A stretch of 64,000 bases of DNA from assembly GCA_965222225.1 (NCBI GenBank), contig CBDCTK010000002.1, forward strand, positions 4,160,001 to 4,224,000, written 5' to 3'. The translations under genes and the position numbers were made by a program. Shown piece by piece: positions 1-8,589 of the stretch. This stretch comes from Candidatus Poribacteria bacterium. Its GTDB lineage: Bacteria > Poribacteria > WGA-4E > JAJDTR01. The notes below the pieces were generated by a model. It had not been told where the DNA came from. It searched no databases and saw only the letters and a program-made list of their open reading frames with translations. How positions within the stretch are numbered: position 1 is the stretch's first letter; each line of letters begins with the position of its first letter.

Positions 1-921
1 GAGCACCACGATCCTAAACCTACAATTCTCAACGATGACTATCGTAGGGCGCTGTCCGACATTGTGGTGGACCGGTCGCCGGCAGGTACGCTCGGGCGGA
101 CGGTTCTCGCCAGCAAATTGCATATTCTCTTGGACGCTGACCAGGTATGGACACGTGAATATCTTCTTCCGCTTTTTGACCCGTGCAGCGATGACTTCCA
201 AAGTGCGTGGGACGGTTTCGTAAAATGGGGAAAGCTCAATCCTTCGGTCGCTAAAGCCATGACTGATCTATTCCTCAAGGCAGTTACGCGGATCGGCACC
301 GACCTCTTCAACCAACGTGATTCATTCGTAAAACACTACATCGCTATGCTCATAGATTCCATTTATATCGCCGAAGACCCTCTCAGCGAATGGATTCCTA
401 AGATATTCAATCACGGCAGCCAAGATAGTCCTTCTGCCGATAGCGAACCTACGCTTTTTCCCCGCGCCAATCGATCTATTGCGGAGATCTTTGCATCAGT
501 TATGAGTAGCCGCTTACGGAATATGCCTGAAACCGAGCAGCGGGAGTTGTGGGAGCACTGGCTCAAGGATTACTGGCAGAATCGCCTGGAAGGTGTGCCC
601 TCCCCACTTATGTCTAGCGAAGCTAAACTCATGCTCGATTGGCTGACGGCTTTGACTGCGGTATTTCCCGATGCCGTCGCGCTTGCTGTCCAGATGCCAT
701 CGACTTCGTTGGAGCGTACGAGGATTCTATCTTCTCTGGTGAAAAATAGTACATGGTTGAGCCATCCCGATGCGGTCGCGAAGTTATTGATTTATCTGTG
801 GCAATGCGGTATACCGGCACACTATTGGCACTTAGTGCAGAAGATCGTTGCCCCCCTCGTCGAGTCGAAAATCCCGGCAGAACTTCAGCAGAAACTGGAG
901 GACATCAGAATCCAACTCTAG
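1..921 (+). CDS. C-terminal part of a probable SIR2/DUF4020 (Dsr1-like) defence protein, 5' end outside window
   Basis: Frame is open from base 1 (EHHDPKPTILNDDYR...) into the 64..921 ORF. The motif WEHWLKDYWQNRLEGVP matches, from recall, the W..WL..YW..R..G.P signature of SIR2+DUF4020 proteins. The SIR2 domain itself is not in the window. Confidence 0.6.
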   Translation, partial: EHHDPKPTILNDDYRRALSDIVVDRSPAGTLGRTVLASKLHILLDADQVWTREYLLPLFDPCSDDFQSAWDGFVKWGKLNPSVAKAMTDLFLKAVTRIGTDLFNQRDSFVKHYIAMLIDSIYIAEDPLSEWIPKIFNHGSQDSPSADSEPTLFPRANRSIAEIFASVMSSRLRNMPETEQRELWEHWLKDYWQNRLEGVPSPLMSSEAKLMLDWLTALTAVFPDAVALAVQMPSTSLERTRILSSLVKNSTWLSHPDAVAKLLIYLWQCGIPAHYWHLVQKIVAPLVESKIPAELQQKLEDIRIQL

Positions 922-972
922 CAATCAATGTGACCAGTTTCAATCTGATGAATCAGATTGATGACTATTATT

Positions 973-1106
973 GTAGGGTGGAATCTGCGATCAAGCGACT
1001 GAATAAGGAGCGATCAAAGGAATGGATTATGACTGCGATAGGAATCTCTATAGAAAATCCCACGCGATAGAGCTCCCATAGCAAATCGCGTACGATAGAA
1101 AGTCCT
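973..1106 (+). repeat. GTAG-type REP remnant filled with nested copies of the 36-nt element
   Basis: GTAGGGTG is followed by stacked left halves (GATCAAGCGACTGAATA), one intact inner unit at about 1012-1049, then stacked right halves (ATAGAAAATCCC, GATAGAGCTCCC, GATAGAAAGTCCT). Confidence 0.8.
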
Positions 1107-1167
1107 TTGGCGCCAGTAGGGCGTGATTCGATACTGTTCAAATTCGTCGTATTCCGCTCTCGCCTTC

Positions 1168-2079
1168 TTACTTCCCAGCCTTATACCGCGCCACTGGACT
1201 CCGTTCCGACGGTGCCTCCCTCACATACCGCGCCGGCATCGTCGGCTCCTGCCACCGCCCCGCTCGTTGCACCTCCTTCACGCTTGCCCCGGCCTCTGCA
1301 AGCGACACCGCAGACCCGATACGAAGCGAGTGTCCGCTAATCAATCCCGTCACTCCCGCTTCCGCCGCCCGCCGCTGTATCGCCGCGCGCCCCCCCTTCA
1401 CCCCCAGCCGATCGTCAGTCACATGATTCTGGAAGCGTATCCTCCGGAACAAAGCCCCCGACGCAATCCCCGCTCTCGTTCGATACCGCTCTATCAACCG
1501 CCGTGTCGATTCACAGATATACAGATTCTCGCCCTGGTCCTCCCCGCTTGTCCTCTTGCCGTAGACCTGAAGCCCCTCGGCTCTAACATCCTCCACATCC
1601 ACTGCAACCGCCTCCGAGATGCGTAACAGGCAATCGCTCATCAGCCTAATCATGGCGGCATCACGGGTGCCCGCCGCGGTATCTGACGATTCCGCCGCCG
1701 CACACACCCGCTCCACTTCGTGCCACGTAAGCCCGTCTACCTGGCGCCGCCCGCGCCCTTTACCTTCGCCGCGGATATCAGACAATGCGCGAGCGGTGAT
1801 GTCCCCAACCACATTGCCAACCCCACGGTACTCCGCCATCCACTTCACCGCGGACACGACCAGCTTGATCGTCGCCGGCGATTTCCCCTGTGCATACAGA
1901 AACCTGATATATTCCGCCAGCACCGCATCCGATAGGGCACGTCCGTCTAGCCAAGCTTCCAGCTTGCGGCTCGCGTGCTCATACGCCTTGAGCGTGTTAT
2001 CCGCCACGTTTGCCCGAATCTCCTGCCCCGTACCCGCGGCGATTCGCAACCCCCTATCCGATTCCTTGCCTTGCTTCAT
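1168..2079 (-). CDS. Cre-like tyrosine recombinase/integrase
   Basis: RDAAMI..LLRISE (catalytic R), GHSLR (HxxR), GRW and ARYV (catalytic Y); N-terminal core-binding-like region (NTLKAYE...KSPATIKLVVSAV). Confidence 0.9.
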   Translation of the reverse strand: MKQGKESDRGLRIAAGTGQEIRANVADNTLKAYEHASRKLEAWLDGRALSDAVLAEYIRFLYAQGKSPATIKLVVSAVKWMAEYRGVGNVVGDITARALSDIRGEGKGRGRRQVDGLTWHEVERVCAAAESSDTAAGTRDAAMIRLMSDCLLRISEAVAVDVEDVRAEGLQVYGKRTSGEDQGENLYICESTRRLIERYRTRAGIASGALFRRIRFQNHVTDDRLGVKGGRAAIQRRAAEAGVTGLISGHSLRIGSAVSLAEAGASVKEVQRAGRWQEPTMPARYVREAPSERSPVARYKAGK

Positions 2080-2226
2080 GATAAACCCCTCGTCAGATTT
2101 ATACCACCGTTGCCATATTCATCGACCGCCCAAGCCGTCGAGCATAACTGGCACCCCAAGTGAACATGGCAACACGAATATCGTTACATACAGCCAGTGT
2201 TGAGGAATCTCGACCTTTCTGCCTTG

Positions 2227-2596
2227 GAGCCTGTTTGAAAAGTACAGTTTGTAGGGTGCGATCAAAGGAATGAATAATGACTCCGATAGAGATCCCCTGC
2301 GATCAAGCGAATGAATAATAAGCGATCAACTGAACGAATAGTGAAGGAGCAACTGACCGATAGGGAAGGCGGTAGAGATCCCATAGAAAGTCCTGATAGA
2401 GATCCTACCAGCCTCTAAAAGCCCCCAGAGTGGGATCAAGGGAGATCCAATGAGCGAATAGCGAATGCGATAGGGATCCCTGATAGAGACTGCGATAGAG
2501 ATCCTAACAGGTATGTAGCAGCCAACAATGAAAACATGAAAAAACTCTCTACAAATGACCAAAAATGGCTTTGCCACCGATTATTCAAACAGGCTC
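2227..2596 (+). mobile_element. IS5-family-like MITE copy A, expanded by nested 36-nt elements
   Basis: Terminal inverted repeats GAGCCTGTTTGAA / TTCAAACAGGCTC; right flank is TTA, the stop codon of the adjacent gene. Colinear with copy B (16094-16304) apart from inserted units at about 2260-2406 and 2434-2505 and loss of one internal segment. Confidence 0.85.
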
Positions 2597-3567
2597 TTAG
2601 AACACACCCTCCCTTACCATCGTTCGGTTCAACTTCTTCACCACCGCCGGCGTCACCGGATCGTTGTCCGGGAGGAATCCCTCTCCCTTCTTTAGTTTAA
2701 CAGCCGCAACACTGTCCAACTCAGCCAGCTTCTTAGCCCCTTGCACCGCCTTCAGATCGCCCCCGTAGTACTCGTACCAAGGCAGCTTCGCGTTTGTGTA
2801 ATCCTGAGCCGTCGGCGGCTTCCCTGGCGGCTCGCAACCCGTCACTTTGAGGAGCTCCACGCGCTATTCACGATATGAACGAAGCAGCGCGAGCCGGTCG
2901 ACGTGTCCCACGCATCGATGCCGTATTCGTCCTCGTATATCTCCTGCCGCATAAGACCGCCCGGCGCCAACCCCATCCGCGGTTCCTCGCGAAGTACATA
3001 GTAGTCTGCTCTGCTCAGGTTCTTATCAAGTGGCAGTTCCTCGTATATCGACCGCTTCATCGGATAGACAGCAATCTGGAGCCCGCCGTGCTCCGCCTCG
3101 CCCGTTAGCTGCTCCTCCGCCGTGAAACCCTCACCCAGCGGCATCGCCACGAACTGCCGAATTAGCCCCTTCTCCACGCAGAACCCGTCCAACCACGGTT
3201 GACCCGGCACCACCAAGTAATCCTGCCGCTCCCCGCTGAGCTCCTCCTCCCATGCCCCCCCGGTCACCGTGTTGACTTTGCCCGCTGCTATCTTCACCGC
3301 CATCGGATAGTCGCCGTGGAAACAGATCCACATCGCCTCCGCTTGATACATCGGGGTGAACACCCCGCCATGTTTCCTCCACGTTTCCGGCAAGTTATCC
3401 GGGTAGTCGTCCACTCGACTCAGCGGGAATCTCCCAAGCCCCGGCGGCAAATAATGTTTTCGGTTGTCGTCCGGAATCCGCAGCGTACGCTGGAATTCAA
3501 TCGCGAGCTCGGCAAATCCGTATATCTCCGGAAATCGAAATATAATCTAATCGTTTCTCAGTTCAAT
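2597..3567 (-). pseudogene. Conserved hypothetical protein (FQRTLRIPDD...LPPGLGRFPL family), disrupted
   Basis: Upstream frame reads IELRND*IIFRFPEI..IEFQRTLRIPDDNRKHYLPPGLG with an in-frame TAG at 3547-3549 and no ATG. A frameshift near 2860 splits ORFs 2842..3450 and 2597..2860. Confidence 0.8.
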
Positions 3568-4002
3568 AGTTTTTTTCCCGTTCCTAGTCCTATTAGCCAT
3601 AATCATAGACCTCTCTGTTTTTTAATTCCTGATGAGCAAAACACTTCAACACGTAATATGTATTATAACAGGATTTATATAACTTAACAACCGAAAACAT
3701 CAAGCCCTTTCCAATTCAGCCCCGCCGCCCTTGTAGCCCCTCTTCTACGGTCGCAATCCCCCGGCGGACGCGCCCGCTGTTCGTGGCGTGGGGTACGCTG
3801 CACACTGCTATCAAGCCAGCTAGCCGGCGAATACCGAGTGCGGTAGACATCCCCTCCAGCCGGCGCCGCGCAAATACGCCTAAGCAACGGGCAACGGCAA
3901 CCCTCGAAGCGATGCGGGCTGCTTTGGTGTCGTGCCGAGGCGCCGCCCTGCGCCACCAACTGATCGAACATATTGATGGATTGAAAAACGATAAAGCGAA
4001 TG

Positions 4003-4099
4003 GCCAACTGACTGGATAATGAAGGATCCACTGAGATCAACCGACTGATTAGGGAGGACGATAGTAGATCCTGCGCGATAGAGTTCCCATAGAGATTCC
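4003..4099 (+). repeat. Nested 36-nt elements in front of an AATCC..TTCRGACAA repeat
   Basis: CCAACTGACTGGATAATG..GATCC..GATCAACCGACTGATTAGGGAGGACGATAGTAGATCCT..GATAGAGTTCCC..ATAGAGATTCC. Confidence 0.7.
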
Positions 4100-4456
4100 A
4101 TGAATCCTAGTTCGGACAATCCCGTCCCCTTCCCCACTCTCCACCGCTCTCTCAAGTGCAAAAGATTTACGGAGTTGGTAGTTAGAGACTGGCAATATTG
4201 AACAAGCACGTATACGTATGAGTGGGAGTGTAGTTATTTTCTGACACCTGCACATAAACGTGCTATTATACGGTAAGTATCAAGAAGTTCATCCGCTATC
4301 AGGGAAGGGTGGCATACGATAACAGCACACGACACAACAGCGAATTTATTATAGCGCTTCTCTATTGGCTTAGGTATAGTATAATGGGGCGGTTGCAACA
4401 CAGTGGCGATTGATTCGATACATGCAACACATGAAGATAAAAGAAGGGATAAACCA

Positions 4457-6358
4457 ATGACACGCTTTATTTGTATCCTAGCCTTGCTCCTAGGCCTGAT
4501 GACATGGGTATACGCCCAACCCGTCAACATGCCCGACCCAAACCTACGCACCGCAGTGCGCGAATCTCTTGATCTTCCAAATGGCGCACCGATTACGCGT
4601 GATGCTATGCTTCAGTTGATTAAGCTTCGTCCTGGAAGCCGCGGCATTGAAAATCTATCCGGTGTGGAGTTCGCAAAAAACCTCAGAGAACTATCAATCT
4701 GGGGCAACCCCATAACCGATCTCAGTCCTATCGCCGGACTAACTAAGTTGGAACTGCTGTACATGTGGGGGACACCGATTTCGGATATTACACCACTAGC
4801 GAATCTGGCGAATCTGATAAATTTGCGTCTGAACTATTGCAACGTTGCCGATATAAGCCCAGTTGCACATTTGCTTAAACTTGAGAAACTGTCATTAGCC
4901 GGAAATGGGATCACCGACGTTGGACCTCTTGCCAACTTAACGCAACTCCGACTCCTCAACCTCGAAAACAATGGCATTGTGGATGTGCGTCCGTTGGCGG
5001 GCCTGCGTCGATTAGAAACATTAACAATAGAGGGCAACCGTATAACAGACCACAGTCCACTTGATGGATTGTCGTTGGAACACTTTACACATGACCTCGA
5101 AACGCCGTGCGACATGGCGCCGCTTCCTTTGGAGCCTCGTATAGAGAATAGAAACTTCCCCTCCCTCTTTTCCGCCTGGATCGATCGGAATAAATACTCG
5201 GCATACGATTTGATCTTCTGCTGCCCTCGGTTCGAGAGTTGGCTTGTTGAAACGGCCGACGGTTTTCAATTCCGTACCGCGCATTCATCGTGGGATGGAC
5301 CGGTTCAGATACGCGACGGCTACCTAGAACAAAACCCGACTATGGTATTTTTGCACGGACTATCTGTAATTTGGCATGAGCTGGACTCCCTGCCCGAAGA
5401 TTCTCCTTGGTGGCTGCGTGATGAACAAGGGAACATACTTCCAGCCTGGGATATGGGCTTAATGAATCTTAATCATCCGGGTTGGCAGCAGCGGATGATT
5501 GACATAGCGGCGACTATAGATCAATGCGGTTTGTACGACGGGATTTTCATCGACGGCTGGAGTGAATGGCATAACGAACGGCGCGGGCAACTACCGGGGC
5601 AGGTGGCTATTCTCAAAGGGATACGCGAAAGGGTGCGGGACGATTTTCTTATCATGGTGAACACAAATACCTGGACAGCACCGGTGTCGGCACCTTACAT
5701 CAACGGACTGTTTTTGGAATCCGGCTTTCCGGGCGATAGCAACTCACCTGAAGATCTTGAAGAACGTCTGTCGGAACTAGAGGATACGCTGAGATGGGCT
5801 GAGACCACACTGCTGGAGCCTCGAATCACCGGACTCGAAGGAAGCAACTACCGTGACGAACCGCCAGACAACCCAAAGAATATGCGGTGGATGCGGGCGA
5901 CTACCACTTTGGCGCTCACGTTTAGCGACGGTTATGTTGCTTTCCCGTTACGAGGAGGACCTTGGTACGATTTCTGGAATGCCGACCTCGGACGCCCCGT
6001 CGGAGAGACTTTGCAGCTCTATGAACACCGCCCAGGTCTCTACATCCGTGAATTCACGAACGGTTGGGCGGTATACAACCACAGCGGCGCGGCGCAGGTT
6101 GTGACATTGCCGGAAGATGTACAATCAGTAGCTAGCGGATTGAGCAACACGGAACATGCCGTGCTTAACCTGGACGGCGATATTTTTTTGCGGGTGACGC
6201 CGAAGAATCCAGCGGACGTGAACGGGGACGGGGTAGTGAATATCTTGGATTTGACGTTGGTGGCACAGGGGTTCGGCGGCGATCGACCGGGCGCCGATGT
6301 TAACGGCGACGGCGTTGTTAATGTGTTTGATCTTGTTCTCGTGGCAAATGAGTTTTAG
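4457..6358 (+). CDS. Secreted internalin-type LRR protein with putative glycoside-hydrolase-like TIM barrel and C-terminal dockerin
   Basis: Signal peptide MTRFICILALLLGL; PDPNLRTAVRE cap; 22-aa LRRs (L..L.L..N.I.D..PL..L); YDGIFIDGW motif; two DVNGDGVVNILDL dockerin repeats. Confidence 0.85.
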   Translation: MTRFICILALLLGLMTWVYAQPVNMPDPNLRTAVRESLDLPNGAPITRDAMLQLIKLRPGSRGIENLSGVEFAKNLRELSIWGNPITDLSPIAGLTKLELLYMWGTPISDITPLANLANLINLRLNYCNVADISPVAHLLKLEKLSLAGNGITDVGPLANLTQLRLLNLENNGIVDVRPLAGLRRLETLTIEGNRITDHSPLDGLSLEHFTHDLETPCDMAPLPLEPRIENRNFPSLFSAWIDRNKYSAYDLIFCCPRFESWLVETADGFQFRTAHSSWDGPVQIRDGYLEQNPTMVFLHGLSVIWHELDSLPEDSPWWLRDEQGNILPAWDMGLMNLNHPGWQQRMIDIAATIDQCGLYDGIFIDGWSEWHNERRGQLPGQVAILKGIRERVRDDFLIMVNTNTWTAPVSAPYINGLFLESGFPGDSNSPEDLEERLSELEDTLRWAETTLLEPRITGLEGSNYRDEPPDNPKNMRWMRATTTLALTFSDGYVAFPLRGGPWYDFWNADLGRPVGETLQLYEHRPGLYIREFTNGWAVYNHSGAAQVVTLPEDVQSVASGLSNTEHAVLNLDGDIFLRVTPKNPADVNGDGVVNILDLTLVAQGFGGDRPGADVNGDGVVNVFDLVLVANEF

Positions 6359-6510
6359 CCTCGTATATACACCGTCGGCCGCAGCCGCGCGCACTTCGTG
6401 AATTCACGCACGAACTTTAGCTGTTCACGCCGCTTTTTCAGGAATGCCAAATCTTTCGCCTTTTCTTTTTCGCGACGTTGAGCGTCTAATCCATCAACAG
6501 GAATGGCCAT
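6355..6510 (-). CDS. Small basic hypothetical protein (51 aa), below the ORF-track cutoff
   Basis: AGGAGG RBS 7 nt before ATG; MAIPVDGLDAQRREKEKAKDLAFLKKRREQLKFVREFTKCARLRPTVYIRG*; stop overlaps the LRR gene stop. Confidence 0.55.
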   Translation of the reverse strand: MAIPVDGLDAQRREKEKAKDLAFLKKRREQLKFVREFTKCARLRPTVYIRG

Positions 6511-6655
6511 CTTGCTAACCTCCTAAAATGTGTGCCATTAGAATAGCCAAGTAATCAGTTTAATCATAGGTAAACAACAACGGGAACAGCTAACATACGT
6601 AGAAAAGCGCAGAACCAGCCGGTTGGCCCACCTCCCGCCATCGCACCGCACAGCA

Positions 6656-6692
6656 GATCAAACGCCTTGACAATGACCGCGATAGAGTTCTC
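6656..6692 (+). repeat. Single degenerate 36-nt element
   Basis: GATCAAACGCCTTGACAATGACCGCGATAGAGTTCTC. Confidence 0.6.
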
Positions 6693-6743
6693 ATAGTGAT
6701 AGCGTCAGCATGAAAAGCGTCTTTGCTTCAGATTCCTACCAAC

Positions 6744-7070
6744 CTATTTCCTTACCATTACAATTGTATAGATCATCTCCTCTCCAGCCATGGTTGCAGA
6801 AAGATGAGTAAGGTCATAATTTTCGTATATTGGTAGATTGATCTCATTTTCAGCCGCAACGCGATTGGTCTCGACAAGCAACAAATATCGTCTATCCGTC
6901 TTCTCTGTGACTTGAGAAGACTCATCATGAAAGTGATATTTACCAGATGCCGAATCTATATGCCTTCCATCTCTATCCGTTCTCCCAGAATGAGAAAACG
7001 TGAAATCTGAAACGAAAATGATACAAGTAAGAAACGCTGCTATTACGAGCAACAACATCAAGATTCTCAT
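6744..7070 (-). CDS. Small secreted YHYH-domain protein
   Basis: GGAGGGG RBS before ATG at 7070; signal peptide followed by HSGRTDRDGRH...GKYHFH. Confidence 0.75.
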   Translation of the reverse strand: MRILMLLLVIAAFLTCIIFVSDFTFSHSGRTDRDGRHIDSASGKYHFHDESSQVTEKTDRRYLLLVETNRVAAENEINLPIYENYDLTHLSATMAGEEMIYTIVMVRK

Positions 7071-7223
7071 TTTTCCCCTCCATGAAAAGAGGGGCAACCC
7101 ACATAGGCTGCCCCACTGTTGAGGCAGTCCTACATGGCATAAACTCATTGCTCATGATAGGATCTCCCTTTGTTTTGTACTGACGCAGTACCTTTGCGCC
7201 CCCCGAATATCCATTCGGGATCA

Positions 7224-7252
7224 TTGACAGATATTTAGTTAGATGTTATAAA
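7224..7252 (+). promoter_or_regulatory. Sigma70-type promoter (rightward), likely driving an antisense RNA
   Basis: TTGACA-17nt-TATAAA with extended -10 TG; no ORF directly downstream, only hairpins. Confidence 0.6.
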
Positions 7253-7257
7253 AGCAA

Positions 7258-7380
7258 CGGGTGACGCAAGCGAGTTTCCCACTCGCGTACCTTTGCGTTG
7301 CCTATGTCGTTCCTCTGCTTGTAGGTATTCGCAGTACCTGCAGGCAAGAACGGCATTACATCAGTCGCTGAATCTGCCGA
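7258..7380. ncRNA. Putative structured leader/antisense RNA between convergent promoters
   Basis: Hairpins GACGCAA-GCGAG..CTCGC-..TTGCGTT and TGTCGTTC..TGCTTGTAGGTA-loop-TACCTGCAGGCA..GAACGGCA. Confidence 0.45.
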
Positions 7381-7385
7381 TGATT

Positions 7386-7415
7386 ATCATATACGGGTGT
7401 CACGGCTCATGTCAA
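7386..7415 (-). promoter_or_regulatory. Sigma70-type promoter (leftward) for structured leader and YHYH gene
   Basis: Minus strand TTGACA-18nt-TATGAT. Confidence 0.55.
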
Positions 7416-7524
7416 CTCAAAAAAATCTCCTTCTTTGCTGTCTAAAGGATGGGGGTAAGTTCAGTGCGATAGAGATCTCATACATGGCCCTTCCATCTTA
7501 ATCCTACAAGAGATGTCACTAAGC

Positions 7525-7680
7525 GAATCCTAACCCGCGTAATCCATTAATCTGTGTAATCAGCGATTCAGACAATCCCCTCTCCTCCCCATTTACCCCT
7601 CCCTACCCCCTGACCATCAAGCGAGTGATTGGCGAGTGATCAAAGGAGCGAATAGCGACTGCGATAGACAATCCCCTCAC
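7525..7680 (+). repeat. Empty AATCC-rich ..GATTCAGACAA repeat, followed by nested 36-nt elements
   Basis: AACCCGCGTAATCCATTAATCTGTGTAATCAGCGATTCAGACAA is the empty counterpart of 60863-60941. ATCAAGCGAGTGATTGGCGAGT-GATCAAAGGAGCGAATAGCGACTGCGATAGACAATCCC lies at about 7616-7676. Confidence 0.75.
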
Positions 7681-7728
7681 CTCCCTCCACTTCCCACGCT
7701 CACCCCAATGTAAAAAACTTATTAACGC

Positions 7729-7757
7729 TTGACAAATCCGTCCTAACATGATATAAT
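7729..7757 (+). promoter_or_regulatory. Perfect consensus sigma70 promoter upstream of terminase genes
   Basis: TTGACA(7729-34)-17nt-TATAAT(7752-57) with TG extension. Confidence 0.8.
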
Positions 7758-7878
7758 CCCCGATAGTTGCACCACGCGGCATTGATCCGCTTCCACAATT
7801 TCATAGGCATGCGCGCGCGTTCCACCCTAGACATGATATCCGGGAAACCGCGCTGAACCAAGTCTCACGCCTTCATTC

Positions 7879-7939
7879 AGCCCATTGGTGGCTTTACCTG
7901 TTGTCAATCAACAGAAAGCCATCAGTGGGCTTTTTTTTT
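7879..7939 (+). terminator. Long intrinsic terminator/attenuator in the terminase leader
   Basis: 17-bp stem AGCCCATTGGTGGCTTT/AAAGCCATCAGTGGGCT (2 G-U pairs) plus inner CTGTTG/CAACAG stem, then T9. Confidence 0.8.
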
Positions 7940-8055
7940 GGTAGTCGTGGCTGGCCGTAAAACTCCCGTGGTTAGCGATCAGCAGCGCCAAAAGGATATA
8001 TTGGTTCTTACCGGCCGCTGTCCGCCGGCAACTGCTTTATATGGAGAGTTAGAAT

Positions 8056-8589
8056 ATGTGCGAAACAAACGAAACACTCAAAATCTCACACGAAGACCAC
8101 CTAGATGCAATAGTGAACCGCGTCTACGAAAGCTGGGGGACCTCGCAGGTTGTTGATTCCTGGATGGAGAAATATCCCCGGTGGGCACATCTTGGTCGCA
8201 AGATATTTCGAGATGCCGCACGCGTTTCTAATCCTCGGTCTAACAAATTTTCAACCGAATACCGCGAAATATATGAGCGCACATTAGCGCACTATCGTGA
8301 AGAACGCCGCGCACTACTTGAAGCCATAGCTAGCAAGGCTTCAAGCGCAATTTCGCAGATTGTTGAAAGTGTGCGCTCAAACGTTACCAACGTCCCTATT
8401 GACAACGCCCACGACCTGCTTCATCTCTCTCGCGCTATCAACCCCCTTAAGGACATAGCGCTAAAGGCCTTACAAGAGATAGATTATGACCATAGTAACT
8501 CCCATGCCCGCAATACTAACCGAGATGCAGTCGATCGGCTGCTCCGCTACAAAGACTTGGCTGACGAACTCACGGAAGATGAAGGATGA
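8056..8589 (+). CDS. Hypothetical helical protein, candidate terminase small subunit
   Basis: GGAG RBS; 177 aa; overlaps the start of the large terminase. Assignment is by position and size only. Confidence 0.55.
   Translation: MCETNETLKISHEDHLDAIVNRVYESWGTSQVVDSWMEKYPRWAHLGRKIFRDAARVSNPRSNKFSTEYREIYERTLAHYREERRALLEAIASKASSAISQIVESVRSNVTNVPIDNAHDLLHLSRAINPLKDIALKALQEIDYDHSNSHARNTNRDAVDRLLRYKDLADELTEDEG

Noticed and set aside
1107-2203. Plus-strand ORFs 1107..1340, 1123..1626, 1619..2203
   Set aside because: Antisense shadows of the GC-rich recombinase with low-complexity translations.
973-2505. CRISPR array interpretation of the 36-nt repeats
   Set aside because: Length is CRISPR-like, but there are no regular unique spacers, copies are divergent and nested, and no cas genes are present.
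3547-3549. Stop-codon readthrough or recoding (also the stops in the WD40 and dehydrogenase genes)
   Set aside because: The same genes carry frameshifts or deletions, and all three stops terminate normal genes in this window.
3684-4255. ORFs in the 3.7-4.3 kb gap
   Set aside because: No recognisable motifs, mutually overlapping, and partly made of repeats.
7902-7907. TTGACA on the minus strand within the terminator loop
   Set aside because: No matching -10 at 16-18 nt.
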